NCBI GenBank assembly: GCA_963762145.1
Contig: CAVXJS010000013.1
Span: 32,001 to 96,000, forward strand
DNA from: an uncultured Candidatus Rokubacteria bacterium
GTDB lineage: Bacteria > Methylomirabilota > Methylomirabilia > Rokubacteriales > CSP1-6
Length of the DNA: 64,000 nt
Direction: 5' to 3'
Both the position numbers and the translations under genes were made by a program. The stretch's first letter is position 1. Each line of letters starts with the position of its first letter. Of the stretch, positions 10,277 through 18,816 are shown one piece after another. The notes beneath the pieces are model-generated. The model saw nothing but the letters and a program-made list of their open reading frames with translations, ran no database searches and was not told where the DNA came from.

Positions 10277-11028
10277 TCCGTCTCGTCACGTTCGACTTCT
10301 GGGACACTCTCGTCACCGATTCCCCCGAGAACCTCCGCGCCCAGCGCGCGCTCCGCGTCGCCGCGATCCGGCGGGCGCTCGGGGAGGCGGGGGCCCCCGT
10401 GAGCGAGACGGAGGCGGAGGAGATCCACGAGCGCTCGGGCGAGGCGCTCGTCGAGCGCTTCTGGGGCCTTCACCGCGACCCGAGCCCTGACGAGCAGCTC
10501 CGGATCGTGCTGGATACCGGGCGCCCCGGCGCCGCGGCGCGCCTCGATCCCGGCGCGTTCGCCGTGGCGCTCAACGGCTACATCAGCCCGGTGCTGGCCC
10601 ATCCGCCGGACCTCTGTCCCGGCGCGGATCGCGCGGTGCGGGAGCTGGCCGCGCGCGGTGTGAGCCTCGGCATCGTCTCCAACACCGGCCGGACGCCGGG
10701 GGTGATCCTGCGCCGGGTGCTCGAGCGCCACGGCCTCCTCGGCTACTTCGGCGCGATCTCGTACTCGGACGAGGTCGGCTTCCGCAAGCCGGAGGCCCGG
10801 ATCTTTCACGCCACGCTCGAGCGCGCCGGGGTGGCGCCGGGCCAGGCGGTGCACATCGGCGACAACCCGGACGCCGACGTGGTCGGGGCCCACGGCGTCG
10901 GCATGCGGGCCGCGCACTACACCGCGGGCTTCCGTCGTCCGTCGGCCGAGGCCGATCTCGTGATCGCCGACCTCGCCATGCTCCCGGACGCGGTTTTTCG
11001 CGTTGCGCCACGCGAGCCCGGCGGGTAA
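10273..11028 (+). CDS. HAD-superfamily hydrolase
   Basis: Motif I FDFWDTL, VSNT, KPEARIF, HIGDNPDADVVGA. GTG start overlaps the upstream stop. Confidence 0.88.
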   Translation: MIRLVTFDFWDTLVTDSPENLRAQRALRVAAIRRALGEAGAPVSETEAEEIHERSGEALVERFWGLHRDPSPDEQLRIVLDTGRPGAAARLDPGAFAVALNGYISPVLAHPPDLCPGADRAVRELAARGVSLGIVSNTGRTPGVILRRVLERHGLLGYFGAISYSDEVGFRKPEARIFHATLERAGVAPGQAVHIGDNPDADVVGAHGVGMRAAHYTAGFRRPSAEADLVIADLAMLPDAVFRVAPREPGG

Positions 11029-11031
11029 CAT
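11003..11031 (+). promoter_or_regulatory. Putative sigma70 promoter for apt
   Basis: TTGCGC (11003-08), 17 bp spacer, TAACAT (11026-31), ending 9 nt before the apt ATG. Confidence 0.4.
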
Positions 11032-11040
11032 TCCTGCGCC

Positions 11041-11565
11041 ATGGACCTCAACGAGCTGCGCGGAAAGATCCGCGACATCAAGGATTTCCCGACCGAGGGC
11101 ATCCTGTTCAAGGACATCACCACGCTACTCAAGGACGGCCCGGCGTGGGCCTCCGTGATCGATCATCTGGCCGAGCGCTATCACGGCGAGCGGGTGGAGC
11201 TCGTGGTGGGGGTGGAGTCGCGGGGCTTCATCTTCGGCGGCGCGCTCGCGCACGAGCTCAAGGCGGGCTTCGTGCCGGTGCGCAAACGAGGCAAGCTGCC
11301 CGCGCCCACGATCGAGGAAGAGTACGAGCTCGAGTACGGGCGCGATGTGCTGGCCATCCACGAGGATGCGGTCCGCAAGGGCCAGCGCGTGCTGGTGGTG
11401 GACGACCTCCTGGCCACCGGCGGGACCATGGCCGCGACGCTCCGGCTCCTCGGGCGCCTCGGGGCCACCGTCGTGGGGACCGCGTTCCTGATCGAGCTGG
11501 CCTTCCTCAAGGGGCGCGACCGGCTTGTCGGCCACCGGATCGACTCCCTGATCGTCTACGAGTAG
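11041..11565 (+). CDS. apt: Adenine phosphoribosyltransferase
   Basis: DFPTEGILFKDITTLL, GVESRGF, VRKRGKLP, YELEYG and the PRPP loop VVDDLLATGGT. Confidence 0.95.
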   Translation: MDLNELRGKIRDIKDFPTEGILFKDITTLLKDGPAWASVIDHLAERYHGERVELVVGVESRGFIFGGALAHELKAGFVPVRKRGKLPAPTIEEEYELEYGRDVLAIHEDAVRKGQRVLVVDDLLATGGTMAATLRLLGRLGATVVGTAFLIELAFLKGRDRLVGHRIDSLIVYE

Positions 11566-11607
11566 CCGGCCGCAAGTGGTTGTATGATGGGGGGCGGGAG
11601 GCGATCC

Positions 11608-11955
11608 ATGACGGAACGGACCTGGCTGGGAGCGATGATGATCGTGGTGACGGGCCTGGTGGCGCCCGTGGGCCTGGGGGCGGCCGAGCCCGAGCAGAAG
11701 GCGGTGGCGCCCCTCATCCTGAACCTGATGAACCGCCCCGTGGAGTCTCGTGAGCGGGCCTATACCGAGGACATCAAGCGCGATGCGCTGGCGCCCCGTC
11801 CGTCGGCCGTCGACGAGTGGGAGCCGCAGCCCGACGGCTCCATGAAGAACAAGAAAACCGGGATCAGCGTGACGGTCCGGAATCCGTGCCCCGCCGGAGA
11901 CATCGATCACGAGTTCGCGCTGGCCGCGTACAATCGGTCGCGCCCCCGCCGCTGA
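11608..11955 (+). CDS. Small hypothetical secreted protein
   Basis: ATG after GGGAGG, signal-peptide-like N-terminus, typical GC3 codon bias. No recognisable domain. Confidence 0.6.
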   Translation: MTERTWLGAMMIVVTGLVAPVGLGAAEPEQKAVAPLILNLMNRPVESRERAYTEDIKRDALAPRPSAVDEWEPQPDGSMKNKKTGISVTVRNPCPAGDIDHEFALAAYNRSRPRR

Positions 11956-12035
11956 CCGTCGAGCAGATTCCTCCCATTCGAGACTGACGCCGCCCCCGGG
12001 CCACCGGAGACGGTTGTGACCAGGAGACGCCAGGC

Positions 12036-12890
12036 ATGGCCATACGGACCGTCGGAGTGCTGGGCTGTGGGCTGATGGGGTCGGGCATCGTCCAGGTGGC
12101 CGCGCAGGCCGGCTTCTCCACGATCGTGGCGGAAGCGACGCAGGAGCTGCTCGACCGTGGCCTCGGTGGGCTCCGCAAGAGCCTCGACGCGCTGGTGGCC
12201 AAGGCGCGCCTCGACGAGAAGACCCGCGACGAGATCATGGGCCGGATCAAGGGGGTGGTCGGGCTCGAGGGATTCCGCGAGTGCGATCTCGTGATCGAGG
12301 CCATCACCGAGAACCAGCCGCTCAAGAACGAGACCTTTGCCAAGCTCGACCGGATCTGTCCGCCGCACGCCCTGCTCGCGTCGAACACGTCGTCCTGCAA
12401 CATCACCGCGATGGCCGCGGCCACCAAGCGGCCCGGCCAGGTGCTGGGGCTGCACTTCTTCAACCCGGTGCCGCTCATGAAGCTGGTGGAGGTGGTCCAG
12501 ACCATCCTCACCGACGAGAAGAGCGTGCTCGCGGCCTACGAGTGGGTGCAGGCGGTGGGCAAGGTGCCGGTGCGTGCCAAGGACTCGACGGCCTTCATCG
12601 TGAATCGCCTCCTCGTGCCGTACCTGCTCGACGCGATCCGGGTGTACGAAGGCGGGCTCGCCACGCTGGAGGACATCGATCAGGCCATGAAGCTCGGCTG
12701 CGGCTACCCGATGGGCCCGTTCACCTTGCTCGACCTGGTGGGCCTCGACACCACCATGTACGTGGCTGAGGTCATGTTCGACGAGTACCGGGAGCCCCGC
12801 TACGCGCCCCCGCCGCTGCTGAAGCGCATGGTGATGGCCGGGCAGCTCGGTCGCAAGTCCGGGAAGGGGTTCTACAGCTACTCGAAATGA
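12036..12890 (+). CDS. hbd: 3-hydroxybutyryl/3-hydroxyacyl-CoA dehydrogenase
   Basis: GCGLMGSG Rossmann motif, IEAITE, ASNTSS, GLHFFNPVP, FIVNRLL, PMGPF, GRKSGKGFY. Confidence 0.9.
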   Translation: MAIRTVGVLGCGLMGSGIVQVAAQAGFSTIVAEATQELLDRGLGGLRKSLDALVAKARLDEKTRDEIMGRIKGVVGLEGFRECDLVIEAITENQPLKNETFAKLDRICPPHALLASNTSSCNITAMAAATKRPGQVLGLHFFNPVPLMKLVEVVQTILTDEKSVLAAYEWVQAVGKVPVRAKDSTAFIVNRLLVPYLLDAIRVYEGGLATLEDIDQAMKLGCGYPMGPFTLLDLVGLDTTMYVAEVMFDEYREPRYAPPPLLKRMVMAGQLGRKSGKGFYSYSK

Positions 12891-14038
12891 GCCACCTGTA
12901 CTACCTGAGCGACGACCAGCGGGCCATCCGCGACCTCGCCCGCGAGATCGCGCGCGAGCGCATCGCCCCCCACGCAGCCCACGTGGACGAGACCGGGGAG
13001 TACCCGGACGAGCAGCTCAAGCTGCTGGGCCAGCAGGGGCTGATGGGCCTCCACATCCCGGAGGCCTACGGGGGCACCGCGTCGGGCTCGCTCGCCTTCT
13101 GCCTCGCCGCCGAGGAGGTGGCCTGGGCGTGCGCCTCCACGTCGACCATCTTCCTGGTCCAGAATCTCGGCGGCTACCCGATCATCTTCGCGGGCAGCGA
13201 GGAGCAGAAGCGGCGCTACCTGCCGAAGCTGGCGTCCGGCGAGATGACGGCGGCGTTCTCGCTCTCGGAGCCCGGCTCGGGCTCGGACGCGGCGTCGATG
13301 ACCTGCCGGGCGGTGCGCAAGGGCGACCGCTACGTGCTCAACGGCTCCAAGATGTGGGTCACCAACGGCTCGCACGCGGGCATCATCACCGTGTTCGTCA
13401 CCACCGAGCCGGGCAAGCGGGCCAAGGGCGTGACCGCGCTGCTGGTGGAGCCGGGCCTCAAGGGGTTCACGGTGGGCAAGCCGGAGCGCAAGCTCGGCAT
13501 CCACGGCTCGCCCACGGTGGCGCTCCACTTCACGGATTGTGAGGTCCCGGTGGAGAACCGGCTCGGCGCGGAAGGGGAGGGCTTCAAGGTCGCGATGAAG
13601 ACCCTCGAGCAATCGCGCCCCACCATCGGCGCGCAGGCGGTCGGGATCGCGCAGGCCGCGCTCGACGCCTCGGTGGCCTATGCCAAGGAGCGGCGCGCGT
13701 TCGGCCAGCCCATCGGGGCGTTCCAGGGCATCCAGTTCATGCTGGCCGACATGGCGGTGGCGGTGCACGCCTCGCGCCTCGTCGTCCACCACGCCGCGGC
13801 CCTGATCGACCACGGGATCACCGGCGCCGCGCTCGAGTCCTCGGCGGCCAAGTGCCTGGCCTCGGACACCGCCATGAAGGCGGCCACCGACGCGGTGCAG
13901 ATCCTCGGGGGCTATGGCTACACCCGGGAGTTTCCGGTGGAGCGCTTCATGCGCGACGCCAAGATCACCCAGATCTACGAAGGCACGAATCAGATCCAGC
14001 GAGTGGTGATCGCCCAGCAGCTCCTGGGCAAGTCCTGA
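12887..14038 (+). CDS. Acyl-CoA dehydrogenase (short/branched-chain-like)
   Basis: [44 protein letters not shown]. Confidence 0.92.
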   Translation: MSHLYYLSDDQRAIRDLAREIARERIAPHAAHVDETGEYPDEQLKLLGQQGLMGLHIPEAYGGTASGSLAFCLAAEEVAWACASTSTIFLVQNLGGYPIIFAGSEEQKRRYLPKLASGEMTAAFSLSEPGSGSDAASMTCRAVRKGDRYVLNGSKMWVTNGSHAGIITVFVTTEPGKRAKGVTALLVEPGLKGFTVGKPERKLGIHGSPTVALHFTDCEVPVENRLGAEGEGFKVAMKTLEQSRPTIGAQAVGIAQAALDASVAYAKERRAFGQPIGAFQGIQFMLADMAVAVHASRLVVHHAAALIDHGITGAALESSAAKCLASDTAMKAATDAVQILGGYGYTREFPVERFMRDAKITQIYEGTNQIQRVVIAQQLLGKS

Positions 14039-14066
14039 CGCGCAACCAATGAAAAGGGGGATATCG

Positions 14067-15347
14067 ATGAGCGACCGCCGCCAGCCACGTCTGCATCGCC
14101 GCACCTTCCTGAAGGCCGCCGGGACCGCCGCGGGCGCCGCCGCACTCGGGTTCCCCGCGGTGCTGCGCGCGCAGGCCCCGACGCTCAAGGTAGGCGTCGT
14201 GCACCCGATCACGGGCCCGCTCGCCGAGCCGGGCCAGGCCTGCCGCCTCGGGGCCCAGATGGCCGCCGACGCCGTCAACGCGGCGGGCGGCATCAAGTCG
14301 CTCAACGGCATGAAGCTCGAGCTGATCCTGGGCGACACCCAGACGAAGCCGGACATCGGGCGCACCGAGGCGGAGCGGGTGATCAACCAGGGCGCCCAGG
14401 TGCTGATGGGCTCCTTCGACTCCGGGTCCACCGCGGCGATGGTGCCGGTGGTCCAGCAGCGCCGCATCCCGTTCCTGGTGGACATCGCGGCCGCCGACCC
14501 GATCACCGCCAACGTGGCGAAGGCGGTGAAGGACGGCCAGCAGAAGACGCAGTACGTGTACCGCAACTTCCCGACCGGCTCCTCGTTCGGGCGCAAGGCG
14601 GTGCAGTACTTCACCGAGGTGTTCCAGGAAGCCAAGGTGTCCCCCAAGCGGGTCGTGCTGATGTACTGCAACGATCTCTTCGGCCAGAACAACGCCAAGG
14701 GCTTCCAGGCCGCCCACGCGGCGGCCAAGCCCTCGTGGGAGATCGTGGACGTGATCCCGTGGCCGGAGCCGCCGCAGGATCTCTCCACCGAGGTCTCCCG
14801 CGCGAAGTCGGCGAAGCCCGACATCATCGCGCCGATCACGCGGCCGGCGAGCGCGCAGCTCCTCCTGCCCGAGATCCGCAAGCAGCGCCTGGACATCATG
14901 GGCATCGTCGGGCCGGGCAGCCCGGGGCTCTACGAGGCCGGGCAGATCGCGACCCTCAAGGAAGACCTCGACTACGTCATGGCCAGCACGCCGTGGGCCA
15001 ACTTCAAGAACCCGCGCACCCAGGCGGTCGCGGCGGACTACTTGAAGCGGTCGAACGGCAAGACGTTCGACACCAACTCGGGCTACTCCTACGACGGCAT
15101 GATGCTGATCGCGGACGTGCTCGAGCGCGCGAAGTCCACCGATCCCGACGCGATCGTGGAAGCCCTGAAGAAGTCGAACTGGTCGGGCGGGCTGATGCAG
15201 TACGCGGGGCCGGTGGTGTTCAACGAGCTCGGCGACAATCCGAACGCGGTCACCACCATGATCCAGATCCTCGGCGGCAAGCCGGTCGCGGTCTGGCCCC
15301 AGGAGGCCGCAGTCCAGAAGTTCGTCTTTCCGCGTCCCAAGGCGTAG
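14067..15347 (+). CDS. LIV-type ABC substrate-binding protein with Tat signal
   Basis: Twin-arginine RRTFLK signal and LivK-like motifs (HPITGPLA, VNAAGGI). Confidence 0.85.
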   Translation: MSDRRQPRLHRRTFLKAAGTAAGAAALGFPAVLRAQAPTLKVGVVHPITGPLAEPGQACRLGAQMAADAVNAAGGIKSLNGMKLELILGDTQTKPDIGRTEAERVINQGAQVLMGSFDSGSTAAMVPVVQQRRIPFLVDIAAADPITANVAKAVKDGQQKTQYVYRNFPTGSSFGRKAVQYFTEVFQEAKVSPKRVVLMYCNDLFGQNNAKGFQAAHAAAKPSWEIVDVIPWPEPPQDLSTEVSRAKSAKPDIIAPITRPASAQLLLPEIRKQRLDIMGIVGPGSPGLYEAGQIATLKEDLDYVMASTPWANFKNPRTQAVAADYLKRSNGKTFDTNSGYSYDGMMLIADVLERAKSTDPDAIVEALKKSNWSGGLMQYAGPVVFNELGDNPNAVTTMIQILGGKPVAVWPQEAAVQKFVFPRPKA

Positions 15348-15353
15348 CGGGCC

Positions 15354-16226
15354 CTGGACCCGGCGCTCGTCGCCCAGGGGCTGCTGAGCGGCCTGCTGTT
15401 CGGGGGCGTCTACAGCCTCATGGCCGTGGGGCTCACCCTGATCTTCGGGGTGATGCGCGTCGTCAACTTCGCCCACGGCGACATGATGGTCTGGGGCATG
15501 TACCTCGCCTGGATCCTCTCGACGCGGGCGGGCATCGATCCCTACGTGGGCTTCATCGCCTGCGCGGGCGCCCTCTTCGTGATGGGCTGGGTGACGCAGC
15601 GCCTGCTCGTGGACCGCATCGTGGACGCGCCCCACGAGATGCAGATCCTCCTGATGCTGGGCGTCGCGCTCGTGCTCGAGAACGTGGCCCTGGTGGCGTT
15701 CGGCCCCGACCCCCAGCGCGTCCGCTCGCCGCTGCGGGCGGCCACCTTCTGGCTCGGGCCGGTGTTCGTGGACGTGGCGCGGCTCGTGACGTTCGCGCTG
15801 GCCATGGTGCTGACGCTGGCGCTCTACCTCTTCCTCACCCGCACCGATCTGGGCCGCACCATGCGCGCGGCGGCCGACAACGCCTACGGCGCGCTCGTGA
15901 TCGGCACCGACGTGCGGCGCGTCTACGCGGCCGCCTTCGGCATCGGAGCCGCGTGCGTGGGGGCGGCGGGGGCGCTGGTCTCGCCGATTCTGCCCTTCCA
16001 GCCTGCGGGCGGGCTCTCGCTCTCGGTGGCGTCGTTCAACATCGTGATCATCGGCGGGATGGGGAGCCTGCCCGGCGCGTTCCTGGGCGGGCTGCTGGTC
16101 TCGGTGGCCGAGTCGCTCGGGGCGGTGTTCCTGAGCCCGTCGATGAAGGAATTGGTGAGCTTCTCCCTGCTCATCGTGATCCTGCTGTTCCGGCCGGCGG
16201 GGCTCTTCGGGAAGACCGCCGCGTGA
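15354..16226 (+). CDS. LivH-like ABC permease (probable CTG start)
   Basis: GLTLIFGVMRVVNFAHG and IIGGMGSLPG. The conserved N-terminal segment QGLLSGLLFGGVYSL lies upstream of the first ATG (15420). Confidence 0.88.
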   Translation: MDPALVAQGLLSGLLFGGVYSLMAVGLTLIFGVMRVVNFAHGDMMVWGMYLAWILSTRAGIDPYVGFIACAGALFVMGWVTQRLLVDRIVDAPHEMQILLMLGVALVLENVALVAFGPDPQRVRSPLRAATFWLGPVFVDVARLVTFALAMVLTLALYLFLTRTDLGRTMRAAADNAYGALVIGTDVRRVYAAAFGIGAACVGAAGALVSPILPFQPAGGLSLSVASFNIVIIGGMGSLPGAFLGGLLVSVAESLGAVFLSPSMKELVSFSLLIVILLFRPAGLFGKTAA

Positions 16227-17173
16227 GGTGGCTGGCCGCTGCCGCCCTGCTCGTCCTGCTGCTGCTGCCCGCGGTGCTCAACTCCTACGCGGTCACCGTG
16301 TTCATCTTCATCTTCTTCTACGCATTCCTGGGCCAGGCCTGGAACATCGTGGGCGGGTACGCGGGGCAGCTCTCGGCCGGCCACGCCGCCTTCGTGGGGA
16401 TCGGCGCCTACACCTCGGCGGTGCTCTCGGTGCAGGCCGGGCTCACCCCGTGGATCGGCATGCTCGTGGGGGGCCTGCTGTCGGCCGCCCTGGGCACCAT
16501 CGTCGGCTACCTGGGCTTCCGCTTCGGCCTCCGCGGCTTCTACTTCGTGCTGCTCACGGTGGCGTTCGCGGAGGTCTGCCGGATCGTCGCGCTGAACACC
16601 GACGCGGTCGGCGGCGCCCTCGGCTACTACCTCACCTTCACGGGCAACCCGTGGCAGTTCCAGTTCCAGGACAACCGCGTGTACTACTACGTGGCCCTCG
16701 GGCTGATGCTGATCGCCACCGGCATCGTGGCCGCCATCGAGCGCCGCCGCTTCGGCGCCTACCTGATCGCGATCCGGGAGGACGAGAGCGCCTGCGAGGC
16801 GCTCGGGGTGAACACGTTCCGCTACAAGATGCTGGCGATGATCGTCTCGTCGTTCCTCACCGGCGTGGGCGGAACGTTCTACGCCTTCTATCTCTTCTCG
16901 CTCCAGCCCGGCGCGGTCTTCGGCATCCCGCTCTCGGTCGAGATCATCATCCGACCCATCGTCGGCGGGGCGGGAACCGTCATGGGCCCGATCCTCGGCT
17001 CCTTCATCCTGAGCCCGCTGGCCGAGGCCTCGCGGATCTACTTCGGGCAGGGGAGCTGGGCCGGCGCGCACCTGATCGCCTACGGCCTCCTGCTCATCGC
17101 GGTGGTGCTCTTCCTGCCCCAGGGGGCCTATCCCGCCCTGCGCCGCCTCTGGGTAAGAATGGCGCCGCGATGA
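16223..17173 (+). CDS. LivM-like ABC permease
   Basis: WNIVGGYAGQLSAGHAAF, AIREDE, VGGAGT. GTGA overlap. Confidence 0.88.
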   Translation: MRWLAAAALLVLLLLPAVLNSYAVTVFIFIFFYAFLGQAWNIVGGYAGQLSAGHAAFVGIGAYTSAVLSVQAGLTPWIGMLVGGLLSAALGTIVGYLGFRFGLRGFYFVLLTVAFAEVCRIVALNTDAVGGALGYYLTFTGNPWQFQFQDNRVYYYVALGLMLIATGIVAAIERRRFGAYLIAIREDESACEALGVNTFRYKMLAMIVSSFLTGVGGTFYAFYLFSLQPGAVFGIPLSVEIIIRPIVGGAGTVMGPILGSFILSPLAEASRIYFGQGSWAGAHLIAYGLLLIAVVLFLPQGAYPALRRLWVRMAPR

Positions 17174-17277
17174 GCGCTCGCGCGAAGAGCCTAAGAAGAT
17201 CCGCTCGCGCGAAGAGCCTAAGAAGATCCGCTCGCGCGAAGAGCCTAAGAAGATCCGCTCGCGCGAGCTCAGGGTGA
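17170..17277 (+). CDS. Possible 35-aa basic mini-ORF MSARAKSLRRSARAKSLRRSARAKSLRRSARASSG
   Basis: Its ATG overlaps the livM stop (ATGA) and it is encoded by the tandem repeat. No evidence of a functional product. Confidence 0.3.
   Translation: MSARAKSLRRSARAKSLRRSARAKSLRRSARASSG
17175..17266 (+). repeat. Perfect 27-bp tandem repeat, 3.4 copies (cgctcgcgcgaagagcctaagaagatc)
   Basis: Units at 17175, 17202 and 17229, a partial unit at 17256, and a degenerate copy at 17296-17319. Confidence 0.95.
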
Positions 17278-17331
17278 GGATGGCCGCCCGATGAGCGCTT
17301 GCGCGAAGAGGCTAAGAAAGAGAAGTCACGG

Positions 17332-18078
17332 ATGACCGCCCGCACCCCGTTGCTAGAGGTCTCCAACATCTCCAAGCGCTTCGGCGGGCTCGTGGCGGTG
17401 CGCGACCTCTCCCTCGAGATGGCGCGCGGCGAGGTGCTCGGGCTGATCGGCCCCAATGGAGCCGGCAAGACCACCGCGTTCAACCTGCTCTCGGGCTTTC
17501 TCTCGCCCGACCAGGGCACGGTTCACTTCGCGGGCCACCCGCTCGTCGGGCTCAAGCCCCACGCGATCTGCGGCCTCGGCCTGGCCCGCACCTTCCAGAT
17601 CGTCCGCCCGTTTCCCCACCTCTCCGTGCTCGACAACGTGAGGGTCGGCGCGCTGGCCCGGCACCCCGGCATGGCGGAGGCCCGGGAGAAGGCACGGGCG
17701 GTGATCGACCGGGTGGGGCTGGGCCCCAAGGCCGCCCACGCGGCATCCGGGCTCACCCTGGCCGAGCGGAAGCGCCTCGAGCTCGCCCGCGCGCTCGCCA
17801 CCGAGCCCACCCTGCTCCTGCTCGACGAGGTGATGGCCGGGCTCAACCCCACCGAGATCGCGGCGATCGTGGGGCTCATCCAGCGCATCAACGAGGACGG
17901 CATATCCATTCTGTTGATCGAGCACAACATGCGGGCGGTGATGACCCTCTCGCACCGGATCGCGGTGCTCAACTTCGGGGAGAAGATCGTCGAGGGCCCG
18001 CCGGCCACGGTCGCCAACCACCCACGCGTGATCGAGGCCTACCTGGGCGAGGAGTATGTCCACACTCCTGCGCGTTGA
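17332..18078 (+). CDS. LivG-like ABC ATP-binding protein
   Basis: GPNGAGKTT, ARTFQ, LLLDEVMAGL, IEHNM, EAYLG. Confidence 0.9.
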   Translation: MTARTPLLEVSNISKRFGGLVAVRDLSLEMARGEVLGLIGPNGAGKTTAFNLLSGFLSPDQGTVHFAGHPLVGLKPHAICGLGLARTFQIVRPFPHLSVLDNVRVGALARHPGMAEAREKARAVIDRVGLGPKAAHAASGLTLAERKRLELARALATEPTLLLLDEVMAGLNPTEIAAIVGLIQRINEDGISILLIEHNMRAVMTLSHRIAVLNFGEKIVEGPPATVANHPRVIEAYLGEEYVHTPAR

Positions 18079-18769
18079 CGGCATCGAGGTCGGCTACGGT
18101 GACCTGACCGCGGTCGGCGACGTCTCGCTCGAGGTGCGGGAGGGCGAGGCGGTGGCGCTGATCGGCGCGAACGGCGCGGGCAAGACGACCACCCTGCGCG
18201 CGGTCTCGGGCCTGCTGCCCCTTCGTCGCGGGCGAATCGAGTTCGAGGGGCAACGCCTCGACGGCCTGTCGCCGGCTCAGATCGTGGCTCGGGGCATCGC
18301 CCACGTGCCGGAAGGGCGGCAGCTCTTCCCGACGATGACGGTCCTGGAGAACCTGGAGCTGGGGGCCCGCACGCCGGCGGCCCGCGCCCGGCGGGCCGAG
18401 ACCCTCGCCCGGGTCTTCGACGTCTTCCCCCGTCTGCGAGAGCGCCGCGAGCAGTCGGCCGGCACCCTGTCGGGCGGCGAGCAGCAGATGTGCGCTATCG
18501 GCCGAGGGCTCATGGCCTGTCCCCGGCTGCTGATGCTCGATGAGCCGAGCCTCGGCCTGGCCCCGGTCATGGTGAAGGCAATCTTCGAGGATCTGGGTCG
18601 TATCAACGCGCTAGGGCTGACGATTTTGCTTGTCGAGCAGAATGTGCTCCGATCACTGCACCTGGCCCACCGGGGGTATGTGCTCGAGAACGGCCGGGTG
18701 ACCCGGTCGGGTCCGGCGCCGGAACTGCTCGCGAGCGGCCACATCAAGGAGGCCTATCTGGGGCTCTGA
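18056..18769 (+). CDS. LivF-like ABC ATP-binding protein
   Basis: GANGAGKTT, HVPEGR, LSGGEQQM, DEPSLGLAP, VEQN. Confidence 0.9.
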   Translation: MSTLLRVDGIEVGYGDLTAVGDVSLEVREGEAVALIGANGAGKTTTLRAVSGLLPLRRGRIEFEGQRLDGLSPAQIVARGIAHVPEGRQLFPTMTVLENLELGARTPAARARRAETLARVFDVFPRLRERREQSAGTLSGGEQQMCAIGRGLMACPRLLMLDEPSLGLAPVMVKAIFEDLGRINALGLTILLVEQNVLRSLHLAHRGYVLENGRVTRSGPAPELLASGHIKEAYLGL

Positions 18770-18816
18770 GAGCAAAAACCCGTATAATTCGCTGCGCCCC
18801 GGGCCGAGAATAGGTT

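Noticed and set aside
17175-17266. 27-bp repeats as a CRISPR array
   Set aside because: The units are head-to-tail with no spacers, so this is a tandem repeat.
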